A stretch of 64,000 nt of DNA from Acidobacteriota bacterium (GCA_018971385.1 JAGXAY010000001.1:34822-98821), one strand, 5' to 3'; positions 1 through 11,950 are shown, counted from the first letter of the stretch. Numbers and translations: made by a program. Notes: a model not told the origin generated them from the sequence alone.

Positions 1-1
1 C

Positions 2-541
2 CACGGCATCGGTAACTAATCGATCGACGAGGTCCCGGGCCGCCTCGTCGAGGGCGGCGTGGGGTTCGTCGAGGAGCCACAGCTCCGCGCGTCGAATGAT
101 CAACCACCCGAGCGCGAGCCGACGTCGCTGCCCGGCGCTCAGTTGACGAGTCGGGGTATCGCGACGTGCGCCGAGACCCACCCTCTCGAGAGCGGGGTCG
201 ATATCTGCCAGGGGACGCTCGAGGGACCGGGCGGCGAATTCAAGGTTTTCGCGAACGGTGAGATCTCCGTAAAAGGACCCCTCGTGGCCCATCCACCCCA
301 CGCGTCGGCGCAGAGCGCGTCGATCTCCGGTCGCGAGATCGACCCCGAGAACACGACCCTCGCCACCCCGCAGTCGGTCTAAACCGGACACTAGGCGCAG
401 CAGACTCGTCTTTCCGGCGCCGTTTCCCCCGCGCAACACCAGGAGTGTGCCCGGTTCCACCCGCAGCGTGACGCCGGACAAGAGGGGAAAGTTCCCCGAG
501 GTGACGACCGCCTCGCGAAGATCGACCGCGGGCTCGGTCAC
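2..541 (-). CDS. ABC transporter ATP-binding protein, CcmA (heme exporter)-like; 3' partial, runs off the window start
   Basis: Not in the ORF track; translated by hand from GTG at 541. Walker A RGGNGAGKT, signature LSAGQRRRLAL, Walker B LWLLDEPH. Starts 3 bp after the gmd stop. Confidence 0.8.
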   Translation of the reverse strand, partial: MTEPAVDLREAVVTSGNFPLLSGVTLRVEPGTLLVLRGGNGAGKTSLLRLVSGLDRLRGGEGRVLGVDLATGDRRALRRRVGWMGHEGSFYGDLTVRENLEFAARSLERPLADIDPALERVGLGARRDTPTRQLSAGQRRRLALGWLIIRRAELWLLDEPHAALDEAARDLVDRLVTDAV

Positions 542-544
542 GAG

Positions 545-2648
<2,104 letters not shown>

Positions 2649-2660
2649 GCTCTGGGGCCG

Positions 2661-3275
2661 ATGGTGAGTCTCGAGCGTCCCGTCCAGGCCGAACGGCGGG
2701 CATTCTTCGTCCAGTGTGCGAAAGAAGTCTTCGCGGAACGAGGCTTCGAGTGCACGACGATGGACGACATTGCGCGCGCCGCCGGTTTCACGAAGCCCAT
2801 CCTGTACCAGTTCTTCCCCTCCAAGGCCGACCTCTATCACGAGATCGTGACGACGACCGGGGCTCGTCTGTTAAAGGCGCTCTCCGACGCAGTACGGGCC
2901 GACGAACTTCCGCGGGCCCGAGTTCGCCGAGCCCTCGCCGCGTACTTCTCAATGGTCGTTGAGGACCCCTCCGCCTTTCGCATCCTTTTCACGCACGGCC
3001 ACAGCGGAACTGCGGCCAACGATTTACAGGTCATTGAGCGTCGCCTCGTCGAATTCCTCGTGCCGTTCATTGACGAGTCCCGCGACCCCGATGAGCGACG
3101 CGACCTCGCGGCCGGAGTAGTCGGACTCGCCGAAGGGCTCGCCATTAGTTGGCTACGACGCCAAGCCCGTCGGGGATGGCCCACGCCCGATCCCTTCGAG
3201 TCCCAGCGACTCGCGGAACGCGCCACTCTGCTCGCGTGGGGTGGGTTGCACGTGTTGCGCCCGACGCACGACTGA
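2661..3275 (+). CDS. TetR/AcrR family transcriptional regulator
   Basis: N-terminal HTH FAERGFECTTMDDIARAAGFTKPILYQFF. Confidence 0.93.
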   Translation: MVSLERPVQAERRAFFVQCAKEVFAERGFECTTMDDIARAAGFTKPILYQFFPSKADLYHEIVTTTGARLLKALSDAVRADELPRARVRRALAAYFSMVVEDPSAFRILFTHGHSGTAANDLQVIERRLVEFLVPFIDESRDPDERRDLAAGVVGLAEGLAISWLRRQARRGWPTPDPFESQRLAERATLLAWGGLHVLRPTHD

Positions 3276-3607
3276 AATGAAGGCGGACGCATTGCGCCGC
3301 TAAACGTGTCGCCCCTGAGTTCATAGGCGAAGGCGCATAGCCGTCAGCGTGTTTAGTTATTGACAACATCATGATACGAACTCCACAGTGGAGAGGGGCC
3401 ATCCTCAGCACTCAATGATTTTGACGCCCGCCTGGTAGTAATTCGTCGTTCACCACTATTTCCAACCGTCGAGTCCTCGACCAGAAATGGACCGGCTGAA
3501 TTGATAAGGCAATTGACTGAATCAACCTCGCATCGCGAAAGCTTTCCCGCACCGCCTCTGCGGAAGGTCGGCCACAGAGGGGTCAGACGAATGTTCCATT
3601 ACTAATA

Positions 3608-3622
3608 ATATAGGTCGTATAT
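3608..3622. promoter_or_regulatory. Candidate PadR autoregulatory operator (ATATA-N5-TATAT)
   Basis: AT-rich inverted repeat ATATAGGTCGTATAT ending 17 bp upstream of the padR ATG, in a GC-rich genome. Confidence 0.4.
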
Positions 3623-3639
3623 CTTTATATACTAAAAAC

Positions 3640-3969
3640 ATGACAGAACTTCGCGAGCCCACATGGTTCGTGTTGACAGCTCTCGCTGGGCACGATCGAC
3701 TTCATGGATACGGCATTACTCAAGAAGTACAGAAGCTCTCCGATGGCCGACTGCAACTCAAGGCGGGGACTCTCTACGCAACCCTCGACCGCCTTTCTCG
3801 GGATGGACTCATTACAGCCGTGGGAGACGACGTAGTGGAGGGACGGTTCCGTCGGTACTACTCCATCAGTCCGAATGGACGGCAGATTCTTGCTCGCGAA
3901 GCTGCGGAACGACAAAGAGTGTCGGGTGAGGCACTACGTCGCTTGTCGTTCGGAGGGGGGGTGGCATGA
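3640..3969 (+). CDS. PadR family transcriptional regulator
   Basis: LHGYGI, GTLYATLDRL and RRYYSISPNG motifs; short PadR-like subfamily length. Confidence 0.93.
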   Translation: MTELREPTWFVLTALAGHDRLHGYGITQEVQKLSDGRLQLKAGTLYATLDRLSRDGLITAVGDDVVEGRFRRYYSISPNGRQILAREAAERQRVSGEALRRLSFGGGVA

Positions 3970-4943
3970 CGAATTTGGAACACCGCTACCGGCGATGGTT
4001 ACGTCTGTACCCGCGCTCTTACCGCACGTACCGGGAGGAGGAAATTGTCGGCATGCTATTGGAGTCTTCTCACCCGGGACAAGATCGGCCAAGTCTCCGC
4101 GAGGCCGGTGCAATCATTTGGCATGCGGGGATGATTCGAGTCGGAATTATGGGAGAAGGTCGCCTCGGCGGATCTCTTCAGAGGCTCTCGACACCTTTTG
4201 TCGCACTGGCTGGGCTCTTCTCTCTGTGGGCTCTCGTCTTCGGCGAACTCCTCTCCAATCCGATGTACATCGGAACTCCCACGAGCCACGTCTACACCAC
4301 TGGTTGGGTTTGTTACTCCACGTGGCTCGTCGTCACGATCTTGTTTTGTACGAATGGCTTCCGTTGGCGGGGTCCCGCCATTGTGATGGCGTTGTGCGCG
4401 ACTTTGCTCACGGCGCCCGTGAGCGATCTTCTTCATCTTCCGCGGCCACCGCTCTTCTTCCTTGTCACCATTTCACTGTTGGGAACAATGGGTCTTTTCG
4501 CGCACCTGACTCCGCAAAGCCCACCTGCTCGAGCGTTCGTTGTGATTCCATTCACCTTCTTCGTAGTGATGGTAAGCGCCACAGGGATTGCTACCGCATC
4601 CTCCCTCTCGATATCGTGGCGGGCGGAACTCACTCAGGGTGCCTTCTACCAAAGCTGGTTGGATACCGTGGCCGCCTGGGCTCCGCCCGTAGCCATCGCT
4701 GCTCTTCTCATTGCGGTGACCCTTATGTGGGCCAGACATCAACAGGTAGCCATCGCGTTGGCTGGATCCACGGTGCCGTGGATTGTGATTTCAGCCCTAC
4801 ACGCGCCGAGGCCAACCACCAAGATTGTCAGCGAGGTCATTCTGACCTTCATCATTATCGTCACCATTGCGTGGGACGTATCTGGTCGACACAACTCCGA
4901 GCGTGGACGTGAATCCATGTCCACCCCCGAAACGTCAAGCTAG
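3966..4943 (+). CDS. PadR-associated multi-pass membrane protein
   Basis: N-terminus LEHRYRRWLRLYPRSYR..REEEIVGMLLE is typical of actinobacterial PadR partners. Several hydrophobic segments; 4-bp overlap with padR. Confidence 0.75.
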   Translation: MTNLEHRYRRWLRLYPRSYRTYREEEIVGMLLESSHPGQDRPSLREAGAIIWHAGMIRVGIMGEGRLGGSLQRLSTPFVALAGLFSLWALVFGELLSNPMYIGTPTSHVYTTGWVCYSTWLVVTILFCTNGFRWRGPAIVMALCATLLTAPVSDLLHLPRPPLFFLVTISLLGTMGLFAHLTPQSPPARAFVVIPFTFFVVMVSATGIATASSLSISWRAELTQGAFYQSWLDTVAAWAPPVAIAALLIAVTLMWARHQQVAIALAGSTVPWIVISALHAPRPTTKIVSEVILTFIIIVTIAWDVSGRHNSERGRESMSTPETSS

Positions 4944-5156
4944 AACCGGACACGTCACTTCTCGTCCCGGTTCATTACCTTCGCCCTGGCTCCACTTTCT
5001 CTCTTCAGTGCACGAACCATAATGAGTTGCGCCTCACGCAACATCCTCGCGAGAGAGTGGGAACCTTTATCCCAGGTATCGGTGTCACCACACCATCCTT
5101 TAATCCGTTTCGCCCAGTCCTCGTAATGGCGAACCCCAAGAAGGAGGTACGGAGGA

Positions 5157-6371
5157 CTAGCGAATTCGAACCCCGCTAATCGCGCGCGAAATAACGAGCC
5201 GCTGGATTTCGCTCGTCCCTTCGAAGATCGTGTAAATCCGTGAGTCACGGTGCCAGCGTTCTACCGGGTTCTCCCGGACGTAGCCGTATCCGCCCATGAT
5301 CTGAATCGCTTCACCGGTCGCCCACACCGCGGTTTCCGACGCGAAGAGCTTCGACATGGATCCTTCACCGCTCTCGAAGGTTGCTCCCGTAGCGGCCATC
5401 CAGGCCGCTCGCCAGACGAGGAGGCGAGCGGCGTCAATGCGAGTTTTCATATCGGCGAGAGTGAAGGCGATGGCCTGATTCTCGATGATGGCTCGGCCGA
5501 ACTGGCGGCGCTCCTTCGCGTAGTCGAGCGCGAACTCGTACGCCGCGCGCGCGATGCCGACCGCCTGGGCTCCGACCGAGGGGCGAGTGGCTTCGAACGT
5601 CGCGAAGGCCGCTTGGGAGGAGGTCGATCGCCCCTCCTTCGCGCGGGCCAGTCGCTCGTCCAAACGTTCTTTTCCCCCGAGGAGCTGGTGCCCCGGAATT
5701 CTCACGTCGTCGAGAATGACTTCGGCCGTGTGACTCGCGCGCAGTCCGTGCTTCGAAAACTTTTGCCCCATCTTGAGACCGGGGGTGCCTTTCGGGACTA
5801 CGAAGGACGCTTGCCCCCGTGTACCGAGCTCCGGCTCCACGCTCGCGACGACGACGTGAACGTCGGCGATTCCGCCGTTCGTAATCCAGGTCTTGGTCCC
5901 CGACAACACCCACTCGTCGGTGGCTTCGTCGTAGCGAGCCCGCGTTCTGAGAGAGGACACGTCACTACCGGCATCGGGTTCAGAAACGCAGAACGCCCCA
6001 AGGTGAACATCGTCGGGCGTCCCGTAACACTGGGGAAGCCACTCGCCGTGCTGCTCCGGCGTACCATTCGCCCAGATACCAGCCACCGCCAAGCCCGTTC
6101 CGAGTAGGGACATGGCGAGACCCGCGTCCCCCCAGGCCAACTCCTCCGAAACTAACGACAACGTCAGTCCCGTGGGGTCCATCGAGGCCGTCGCGAGAAA
6201 GTCCAGGGAGTACAGGCCGATTTTCGCAGCCTCCTCGATCACGGGCCAGGGAGTTTCCTCCCTCTCGTCCCACTCCGAGGCCACGGGACGCATCACGTCC
6301 CGCGCAAAACCGTGAACCCACTCGCGAACGGCGTCTTGGTCGTCCGACACGGACAACGAGAAATCACCCAT
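5157..6371 (-). CDS. Acyl-CoA dehydrogenase
   Basis: FCVSEPDAGSDV, SGTKTWITNG, RRQFGRAI, QIMGGYGY and IFEGTSEIQR motifs. Confidence 0.95.
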   Translation of the reverse strand: MGDFSLSVSDDQDAVREWVHGFARDVMRPVASEWDEREETPWPVIEEAAKIGLYSLDFLATASMDPTGLTLSLVSEELAWGDAGLAMSLLGTGLAVAGIWANGTPEQHGEWLPQCYGTPDDVHLGAFCVSEPDAGSDVSSLRTRARYDEATDEWVLSGTKTWITNGGIADVHVVVASVEPELGTRGQASFVVPKGTPGLKMGQKFSKHGLRASHTAEVILDDVRIPGHQLLGGKERLDERLARAKEGRSTSSQAAFATFEATRPSVGAQAVGIARAAYEFALDYAKERRQFGRAIIENQAIAFTLADMKTRIDAARLLVWRAAWMAATGATFESGEGSMSKLFASETAVWATGEAIQIMGGYGYVRENPVERWHRDSRIYTIFEGTSEIQRLVISRAISGVRIR

Positions 6372-6421
6372 ACCCACCTCGTGATGTCGTCAACGACTCC
6401 ACCCTAGGCGGGTGCGGGGAC

Positions 6422-6622
6422 TTAGTTCAGCGTGACGCGCTTAGCGAGTGGACCGCGGTCGCCCGCTTCCACGTCGAAGGTCACTTGCTGTCCTTCAAAC
6501 AGCGTCCGACGTCCGTCGGACTGAATCTCCGAGTAGTGGACGAAGACGTCCGGCTGGCCATCGACAGCGATGAAACCCCAGCCCTTTTCGTCATTGAACC
6601 ACTTGACGGTTCCTACAGCCAC
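6422..6622 (-). CDS. cspA: Cold-shock protein (CspA family)
   Basis: [15 protein letters not shown] (RNP1) and DVFVHYSEI (RNP2); 66 aa. Confidence 0.95.
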   Translation of the reverse strand: MAVGTVKWFNDEKGWGFIAVDGQPDVFVHYSEIQSDGRRTLFEGQQVTFDVEAGDRGPLAKRVTLN

Positions 6623-6700
6623 TGAGGGCCTCCTTCAAATAATGCACCCCCACTGGTGGGGCTTTGAGGAGACCACGGTGGTCGCCTCAAGAGGCAACCC
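6623..6700 (-). promoter_or_regulatory. Structured csp 5' leader with overlapping hairpins
   Basis: Inverted repeats at about 6647-6661, 6666-6688 and 6684-6695, upstream of a GAAGGAGG ribosome-binding site. Confidence 0.45.
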
Positions 6701-6740
6701 TACTCAGAGCGCTCCGCCACCACAAATTAAATCTCTGCAA

Positions 6741-8123
6741 CTACCGCCGTCGAACCTTCGTTCCCTGAGAAGAATCCTCAACAATCCAGCCCCGACTTTC
6801 GAGCTCGGACCGAATTCGGTCGGCCTCCGACCAGTCCCGACGGGCCCGGGCCTCGTCACGGCGGACCACCAAATCGGCCACCTCACTCGGTAACGGCTCC
6901 TCGTCACCGACCAACGACAGTCCGAGAGCGCCAAAGAGGGTCGCTACTGCGTGAGCCCACGTCTCGGCGGATGAATCTCCCTGATCAGCGAGGGAGTTCG
7001 CCGTCGCCACCCCGTCGAATAACGCCGCGACCGCGGCCGGTGTGTTGAGATCGTCGTCGAGCAACCTCGTGACCTCCTGCACAAAGTTCTCCACCTCCGG
7101 TGCCCAGGCGGCCACCGGGTCCACCACGCCGTCACCGGCGAGTCGAGGCAGGAGAAATCGTCGAGCGAGCGCGTCGAGACGAGCCACACTTCGCTCCGCG
7201 TCGGCGATGGTCTCAGTATTGACGTCGAGGGGCGAACGGTAGTGGGAGCGGATGACGAGGAGACGGTAGGCCCGCGGATCGGTTCGTTCGAGCAGGTCGG
7301 TGAGGGAGGTGAAGTTGCCGAGTGACTTGCTCATCTTCTCGCCGCCCGACATCACAAATCCGTTATGCGCCCAGCGCCGCGCGAAGGGCCGACCGAGAGC
7401 GACCGCCTGGGCTCGCTCGTTCTCGTGGTGGGGAAAGGCGAGGTCCAGGCCACCACAGTGGAGGTCGAAGCCCTCCCCGAGCAGTCCGAGACTCATCACC
7501 ACGCACTCGGTGTGCCATCCCGGACGCCCCGCCCCAAAGGACGCGGTCCACTGTGGTTCTCCGGGCTTGGCGAACTTCCAGAGTGCGAAGTCGAGCGGGC
7601 TGCGCTTGTCACGACGGGCGTCGACGCGGGCCCCGGCCCGCAGTGACTCGAGGGGCTGGAGAGCGAGCAGACCGTAGTCGGCGACCGCGGACACGTCGAA
7701 GTAGATTCCGTCGCCGAGTGGATACGCCACCCCCCGCGCCATCAGCGTCTCGATGAGCTCGATCATCGAGTCAATCCACTCGGTTGCTCGCGGCGCCACG
7801 CTCGGGCGAAGGACGCCGAGTTGCGCCATCGAGGACCACCACACCTCTTCGAAGCGTGTCGCCACTGCCGATTCGCTCACGCCCTCTCGCTCGGCGCGTT
7901 GGATGATTTTGTCGTCGACGTCGGTGATGTTGGAGACGAAGCGTACGTTGAAGCCCCGAAAGTGGAGCCACCGGCGCAGTACGTCCCACACCAGGGTGAA
8001 GCGGCCGTGGCCCACGTGGGGTACGTCGTAGACGGTGGGGCCGCACACGTAAATCGACACCTCTCCGGGGTGACGGGGACGAAGGTCGAGGACCTCCTGG
8101 GCGGCGGTATCGAAGAGTCGCAT
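6741..8123 (-). CDS. cysS: Cysteine--tRNA ligase
   Basis: CGPTVYDVPHVGH, GRPGWHTEC, DLAFPHHENE, KMSKSLGNF and a C-terminal ADRIR domain. Confidence 0.97.
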   Translation of the reverse strand: MRLFDTAAQEVLDLRPRHPGEVSIYVCGPTVYDVPHVGHGRFTLVWDVLRRWLHFRGFNVRFVSNITDVDDKIIQRAEREGVSESAVATRFEEVWWSSMAQLGVLRPSVAPRATEWIDSMIELIETLMARGVAYPLGDGIYFDVSAVADYGLLALQPLESLRAGARVDARRDKRSPLDFALWKFAKPGEPQWTASFGAGRPGWHTECVVMSLGLLGEGFDLHCGGLDLAFPHHENERAQAVALGRPFARRWAHNGFVMSGGEKMSKSLGNFTSLTDLLERTDPRAYRLLVIRSHYRSPLDVNTETIADAERSVARLDALARRFLLPRLAGDGVVDPVAAWAPEVENFVQEVTRLLDDDLNTPAAVAALFDGVATANSLADQGDSSAETWAHAVATLFGALGLSLVGDEEPLPSEVADLVVRRDEARARRDWSEADRIRSELESRGWIVEDSSQGTKVRRR

Positions 8124-8183
8124 CACCCGTCCAAACTACTGAGACTCCCGGGCGTTCACGGGGTCCCCGTAGACTGAGCCGCT

Positions 8184-10733
8184 ATGGGTGAGAGTTACCA
8201 GGTTCCCGACAAACCATCAACGGACGGTCTCGAAGACCGCTGGATGGGGGTATGGGATGAGGAGGGTACGTACCTCTTCGACCGTCACGCCACGCGAGAC
8301 AAGGTGTTCTCCATCGACACCCCGCCACCCACGGTCTCGGGTTCACTGCATATGGGTCACGTGTCGAGTTACACCCACGCGGACCTCATCGCTCGCTACC
8401 AGCGCATGCGAGGTCTCGCCGTCTTCTACCCGATGGGTTGGGACGATAACGGTCTACCCACCGAGCGCCGGGTGGAGAACTACTACGGGGTGCGCTGCGA
8501 CCCCTCGCTGCCCTACGACCCAACCTACGAGGTTCCCGACTCCCCCGGCGAGACCAAAACGTCCATTTCCCGCCGGAATTTCGTCGAACTGTGCCATCGG
8601 CTCACCGCCGCCGACGAGGAGATCTTTAAGGACCTCTGGCGTCACCTCGGAATCTCGATCGACTGGTCCCTCGAGTACTCCACCATTTCGCGCCACGCCC
8701 AGGCCGTCTCCCAGCGAGGTTTCCTCGAGATGTACCGTCGCGGCGAGGTCTACTCGACCCTCGCTCCGACTCTCTGGGACGTCGATTTTCGAACCGCCGT
8801 CTCCCAGGCCGAACTCGAGGACCGCGAGCGCCCCGGACACTTCCACCGAGTTCGCTTCGCTCGCGCCGATCACGACGGCGTGGTGGAGATCGACACCACG
8901 CGGCCGGAGCTCATTCCGAGTTGTGTCGCTCTCGTCGCCCACCCCGAGGACCCGCGCTATCAGCCCCTCTTTGGAACGCGGGTCGTGACGCCTCTCTTCG
9001 GTGTCGAGGTGCCCGTGCTCGCTCACGAACTCGCCGACCCCGAGAAGGGCACCGGCATCGCGATGATCTGTACCTTCGGCGATACGACCGACGTCACCTG
9101 GTGGCGGGAACTTCGACTCCCGACGCGCACTCTCATTGGACGCGACGGGCGATACCTGGCCGCCGACTTTTTCTCCGACGAGTTCCCGAGCCGCACTCCC
9201 GAGGCGGCCCAGCAGCTCTACGACACCCTCCAGGGTCGCACCGTGTCACAGGTCCGTACGGCGATTGTCGAAGCGCTGAGCGCCTCAGGCGACCTCGTCG
9301 GCGAACCCCGACCCCTCACCCACCCCGTCAAGTTCTACGAGAAGGGCGAGCGCCCGCTCGAGATCGTCACCTCCCGTCAGTGGTTCGTGCGTACCCTCGA
9401 CCATCGAGCGGACCTACTCCGACGGGGTGAGGAGTTGGACTGGCAGCCCGACTTTATGCGCCACCGCTACCGCTCTTGGGTGGAGGGACTGAACACCGAC
9501 TGGAACATCTCGCGGCAGCGGTACTTCGGCGTGCCCCTGCCGGTGTGGTACCCACTCGACGGCGACGGGGAACCCGACTTTGACCACCCCCTCGTGGCGT
9601 CACTCGACCAACTCCCCGTCGACCCCTCGAGTGAGCCCGCCCCGGGCTTCAGCGAAGCGCAGCGTGGTCAGCCCCACGGATTCATCGGCGACCCCGACGT
9701 GATGGACACCTGGGCGACGTCGTCGCTCTCCCCCCAGATCGCCGGCCACTGGGGCACGGACCTGTTCGAACGAGTCTTCCCGATGGACCTGCGTCCCCAG
9801 GCTCACGAAATCATTCGGACGTGGCTCTTCTCAACCGTGGTGCGCAGTCATTTTGAGCACGACTCCCTCCCCTTTCGCCACGCGCTCATCTCCGGCTGGG
9901 TCCTCGACCCCGAGCGCAAGAAGATGTCGAAGTCGCGCGGCAACGTGGTCACCCCGATGCCCCTTCTCGAAGCCCACGGGGCCGACGCCTTGCGCTACTG
10001 GGCGGCCTCGGGTCGACCGGGAACGGACATGGCCCTCGACGAGGGCCAGATGAAGGTCGGCCGTCGCCTGGCGATCAAGATTCTGAACGCGTCCCGATTC
10101 GTACTCTCGCGGCTCAGTACCGACGTCGATCTCGCCGACGTCAGCGAACCTCTCGATCGGGACCTTCTCGCCGGGGTCGCTGGCCTCGTCGTCGAGAACA
10201 CCGCCGCCTTCGAGGCGTTCGACTACGCGAGAGTCCTCGAACGCACCGAAGCTTTCTTCTGGTCCTTCTGTGACAACTACTTAGAGTTGGTGAAGGAGCG
10301 CGCCTACGGGGAGAGTTCCTCGCCTCCCACGCGCTCGGCCCAGGCGACCCTCGCCGCCTCCCTCAGTGCCCTTCAGCGCATGTTCGCCCCGTTCATGCCC
10401 TACGTCACCGAGGAAGTGTGGCGGTGGTGGCACGATGGTTCCATTCACCGCGCGGCCTGGCCCCGCCTGGAGGAGTTCGGTGATCGTCCGGAGGCGAACG
10501 GTACTTACGAGGCCCTGAACGTGGTACTCGAAGGCATTCGTCGGGAGAAGTCCACGGCCAAGGTCTCCCAGCGCCGTCCGGTCAGCGAACTAGTCGTCGA
10601 GGGACCCGGCGAGTTCCTCGAGCGGGTGGAGCGGGGAGCCCGTGACCTCACCAACGCCGGCGTGATTCTCGCCCGCACGATGGTGGAGGCCCCCGAGGTT
10701 GTCGTGAGTGCCACTCTCGCCCCCGAGGGTTAG
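8184..10733 (+). CDS. valS: Valine--tRNA ligase (short form, no obvious C-terminal coiled coil)
   Basis: DTPPPTVSGSLHMGH, GWDDNGLPTE, WNISRQR and KMSKSRGN motifs. Confidence 0.96.
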   Translation: MGESYQVPDKPSTDGLEDRWMGVWDEEGTYLFDRHATRDKVFSIDTPPPTVSGSLHMGHVSSYTHADLIARYQRMRGLAVFYPMGWDDNGLPTERRVENYYGVRCDPSLPYDPTYEVPDSPGETKTSISRRNFVELCHRLTAADEEIFKDLWRHLGISIDWSLEYSTISRHAQAVSQRGFLEMYRRGEVYSTLAPTLWDVDFRTAVSQAELEDRERPGHFHRVRFARADHDGVVEIDTTRPELIPSCVALVAHPEDPRYQPLFGTRVVTPLFGVEVPVLAHELADPEKGTGIAMICTFGDTTDVTWWRELRLPTRTLIGRDGRYLAADFFSDEFPSRTPEAAQQLYDTLQGRTVSQVRTAIVEALSASGDLVGEPRPLTHPVKFYEKGERPLEIVTSRQWFVRTLDHRADLLRRGEELDWQPDFMRHRYRSWVEGLNTDWNISRQRYFGVPLPVWYPLDGDGEPDFDHPLVASLDQLPVDPSSEPAPGFSEAQRGQPHGFIGDPDVMDTWATSSLSPQIAGHWGTDLFERVFPMDLRPQAHEIIRTWLFSTVVRSHFEHDSLPFRHALISGWVLDPERKKMSKSRGNVVTPMPLLEAHGADALRYWAASGRPGTDMALDEGQMKVGRRLAIKILNASRFVLSRLSTDVDLADVSEPLDRDLLAGVAGLVVENTAAFEAFDYARVLERTEAFFWSFCDNYLELVKERAYGESSSPPTRSAQATLAASLSALQRMFAPFMPYVTEEVWRWWHDGSIHRAAWPRLEEFGDRPEANGTYEALNVVLEGIRREKSTAKVSQRRPVSELVVEGPGEFLERVERGARDLTNAGVILARTMVEAPEVVVSATLAPEG

Positions 10734-11918
10734 TACCCGTTCGCAGAAGGCGGCACAGGCTCGCACCACGGACGCGGTCCGGGGACTGCGCACGATGTCG
10801 AAGGCGTGTTGAGTCACCGGCATCTCGACGTAGTAGACCTCGCGTAAACCCAGCTCACGGGACTTCGCCACGAAGCGTCGGGCCACCTCCACGTGCACGA
10901 GAGTGTCGTGAGTGCCCTGGACGACCAGGAGAGGTGGGGCCCCTTCGTGGAGACGGTGGAGAGGTGACGCCGACTCCACCGCGTCGGGATTCTCCGCCAC
11001 CTCGGGGGCGAAGACCATCCCGTCGAGGAATCGACGCAGTCCCGCTCCCCACCCTCGCCAGACGGACTCGTCTCCGGTCATCTCGAGAACCCCGTAGAGC
11101 GAGATCACGCCCCGCACCGCCAGAGGGGAGTCGCTCGCCCACGGATGACCCCCGCTCACTCCGTAGAGGGCGGCCATTTGCCCGCCGGCCGAGTCTCCGG
11201 CGACGACGACGCGGCTCGGGTCGCCACCCATTTGGGCGCCGTGTCGCTTGACCCACCCCATGACGGCGTTGACGTCCTCCATCTGGGCCGGCCATCGATT
11301 CCCCGGGGCCAGTCGGTAGTTGGCCGTGACCACCAGCCAGCCCCGAGCGACCATTTCGTGAAGAAGGGGCCGTCCCTGTTCTCGTTTGTCACCAAGCATC
11401 CAGGCACCACCGTGGAAGTAGACGAGGATCGGCGCCCGTGAGGGTGTCACCGACTGGCGCCACACGTCCAGGCGCTGATGGGGATCGGGGCCGTACGCCA
11501 GATCGGCGCTGATCTGGAGCCAGGGTGGGTGCACGGGCAGAGGCACGACGCGGCGCCACCCGGGAGTTGTCCGTCTCGACGCGGGAGAGCGGGTGACGTC
11601 AAGGGGTGTTCCGGCGAGAGCTCGGCGAACGACCCGGTCGGCAGAGAGCAAGATGCCGATGAGAATCACGTTCTCGAGCGCCGACAGTAGTGCGAGCAGT
11701 GCGACGCTCCAGCGCCAGGGCGCCGACGTGGGCCAACCCCACCAGTGGAGGAGCCCCACTAACCCGGCGTCGAGGAGCAGAGCGAGGAGGGGAACCTCCC
11801 CCGCCACGAGACCGAGGGGGAAAGAGAGAGTCTTCAGGCGGCCGCGCCGCCCGGGACGCAGCGCCGTCGCGGCGGCGAGGGCGAGGATCAACTCCCCTAG
11901 TATCACGACGACGACCAC
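10590..11918 (-). CDS. Membrane-anchored alpha/beta hydrolase (HSL-family esterase/lipase)
   Basis: HGGAW oxyanion motif, GDSAGG nucleophile, QGTHDTLV (Asp) and TQHAFD (His); hydrophobic N-terminus. Confidence 0.88.
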   Translation of the reverse strand: MVVVVILGELILALAAATALRPGRRGRLKTLSFPLGLVAGEVPLLALLLDAGLVGLLHWWGWPTSAPWRWSVALLALLSALENVILIGILLSADRVVRRALAGTPLDVTRSPASRRTTPGWRRVVPLPVHPPWLQISADLAYGPDPHQRLDVWRQSVTPSRAPILVYFHGGAWMLGDKREQGRPLLHEMVARGWLVVTANYRLAPGNRWPAQMEDVNAVMGWVKRHGAQMGGDPSRVVVAGDSAGGQMAALYGVSGGHPWASDSPLAVRGVISLYGVLEMTGDESVWRGWGAGLRRFLDGMVFAPEVAENPDAVESASPLHRLHEGAPPLLVVQGTHDTLVHVEVARRFVAKSRELGLREVYYVEMPVTQHAFDIVRSPRTASVVRACAAFCERVLTLGGESGTHDNLGGLHHRAGENHAGVGEVTGSPLHPLEELAGSLDD

Positions 11919-11950
11919 GGGGCCTCCTCTCCACCCCCTACGCTAGGGAC

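Noticed and set aside
3360-3390. Perfect TTGACA -35 hexamer
   Set aside because: No matching -10 at the right spacing, and it is about 275 bp from the next gene.
4955-5248. 97-aa minus-strand ORF after the acyl-CoA dehydrogenase
   Set aside because: Overlaps the dehydrogenase end and has no recognisable family; may be a gene fragment but cannot be supported.
8127-8183. T-box riboswitch for cysS or valS
   Set aside because: The spacer is only 57 bp and has no T-box motif.
11690-11950. N-terminal extensions given by the ORF track (also 13012-13338, 25087-25425 and 36586-36666)
   Set aside because: They overlap opposite-strand or upstream genes and are low-complexity; homology starts at the later codons used above.
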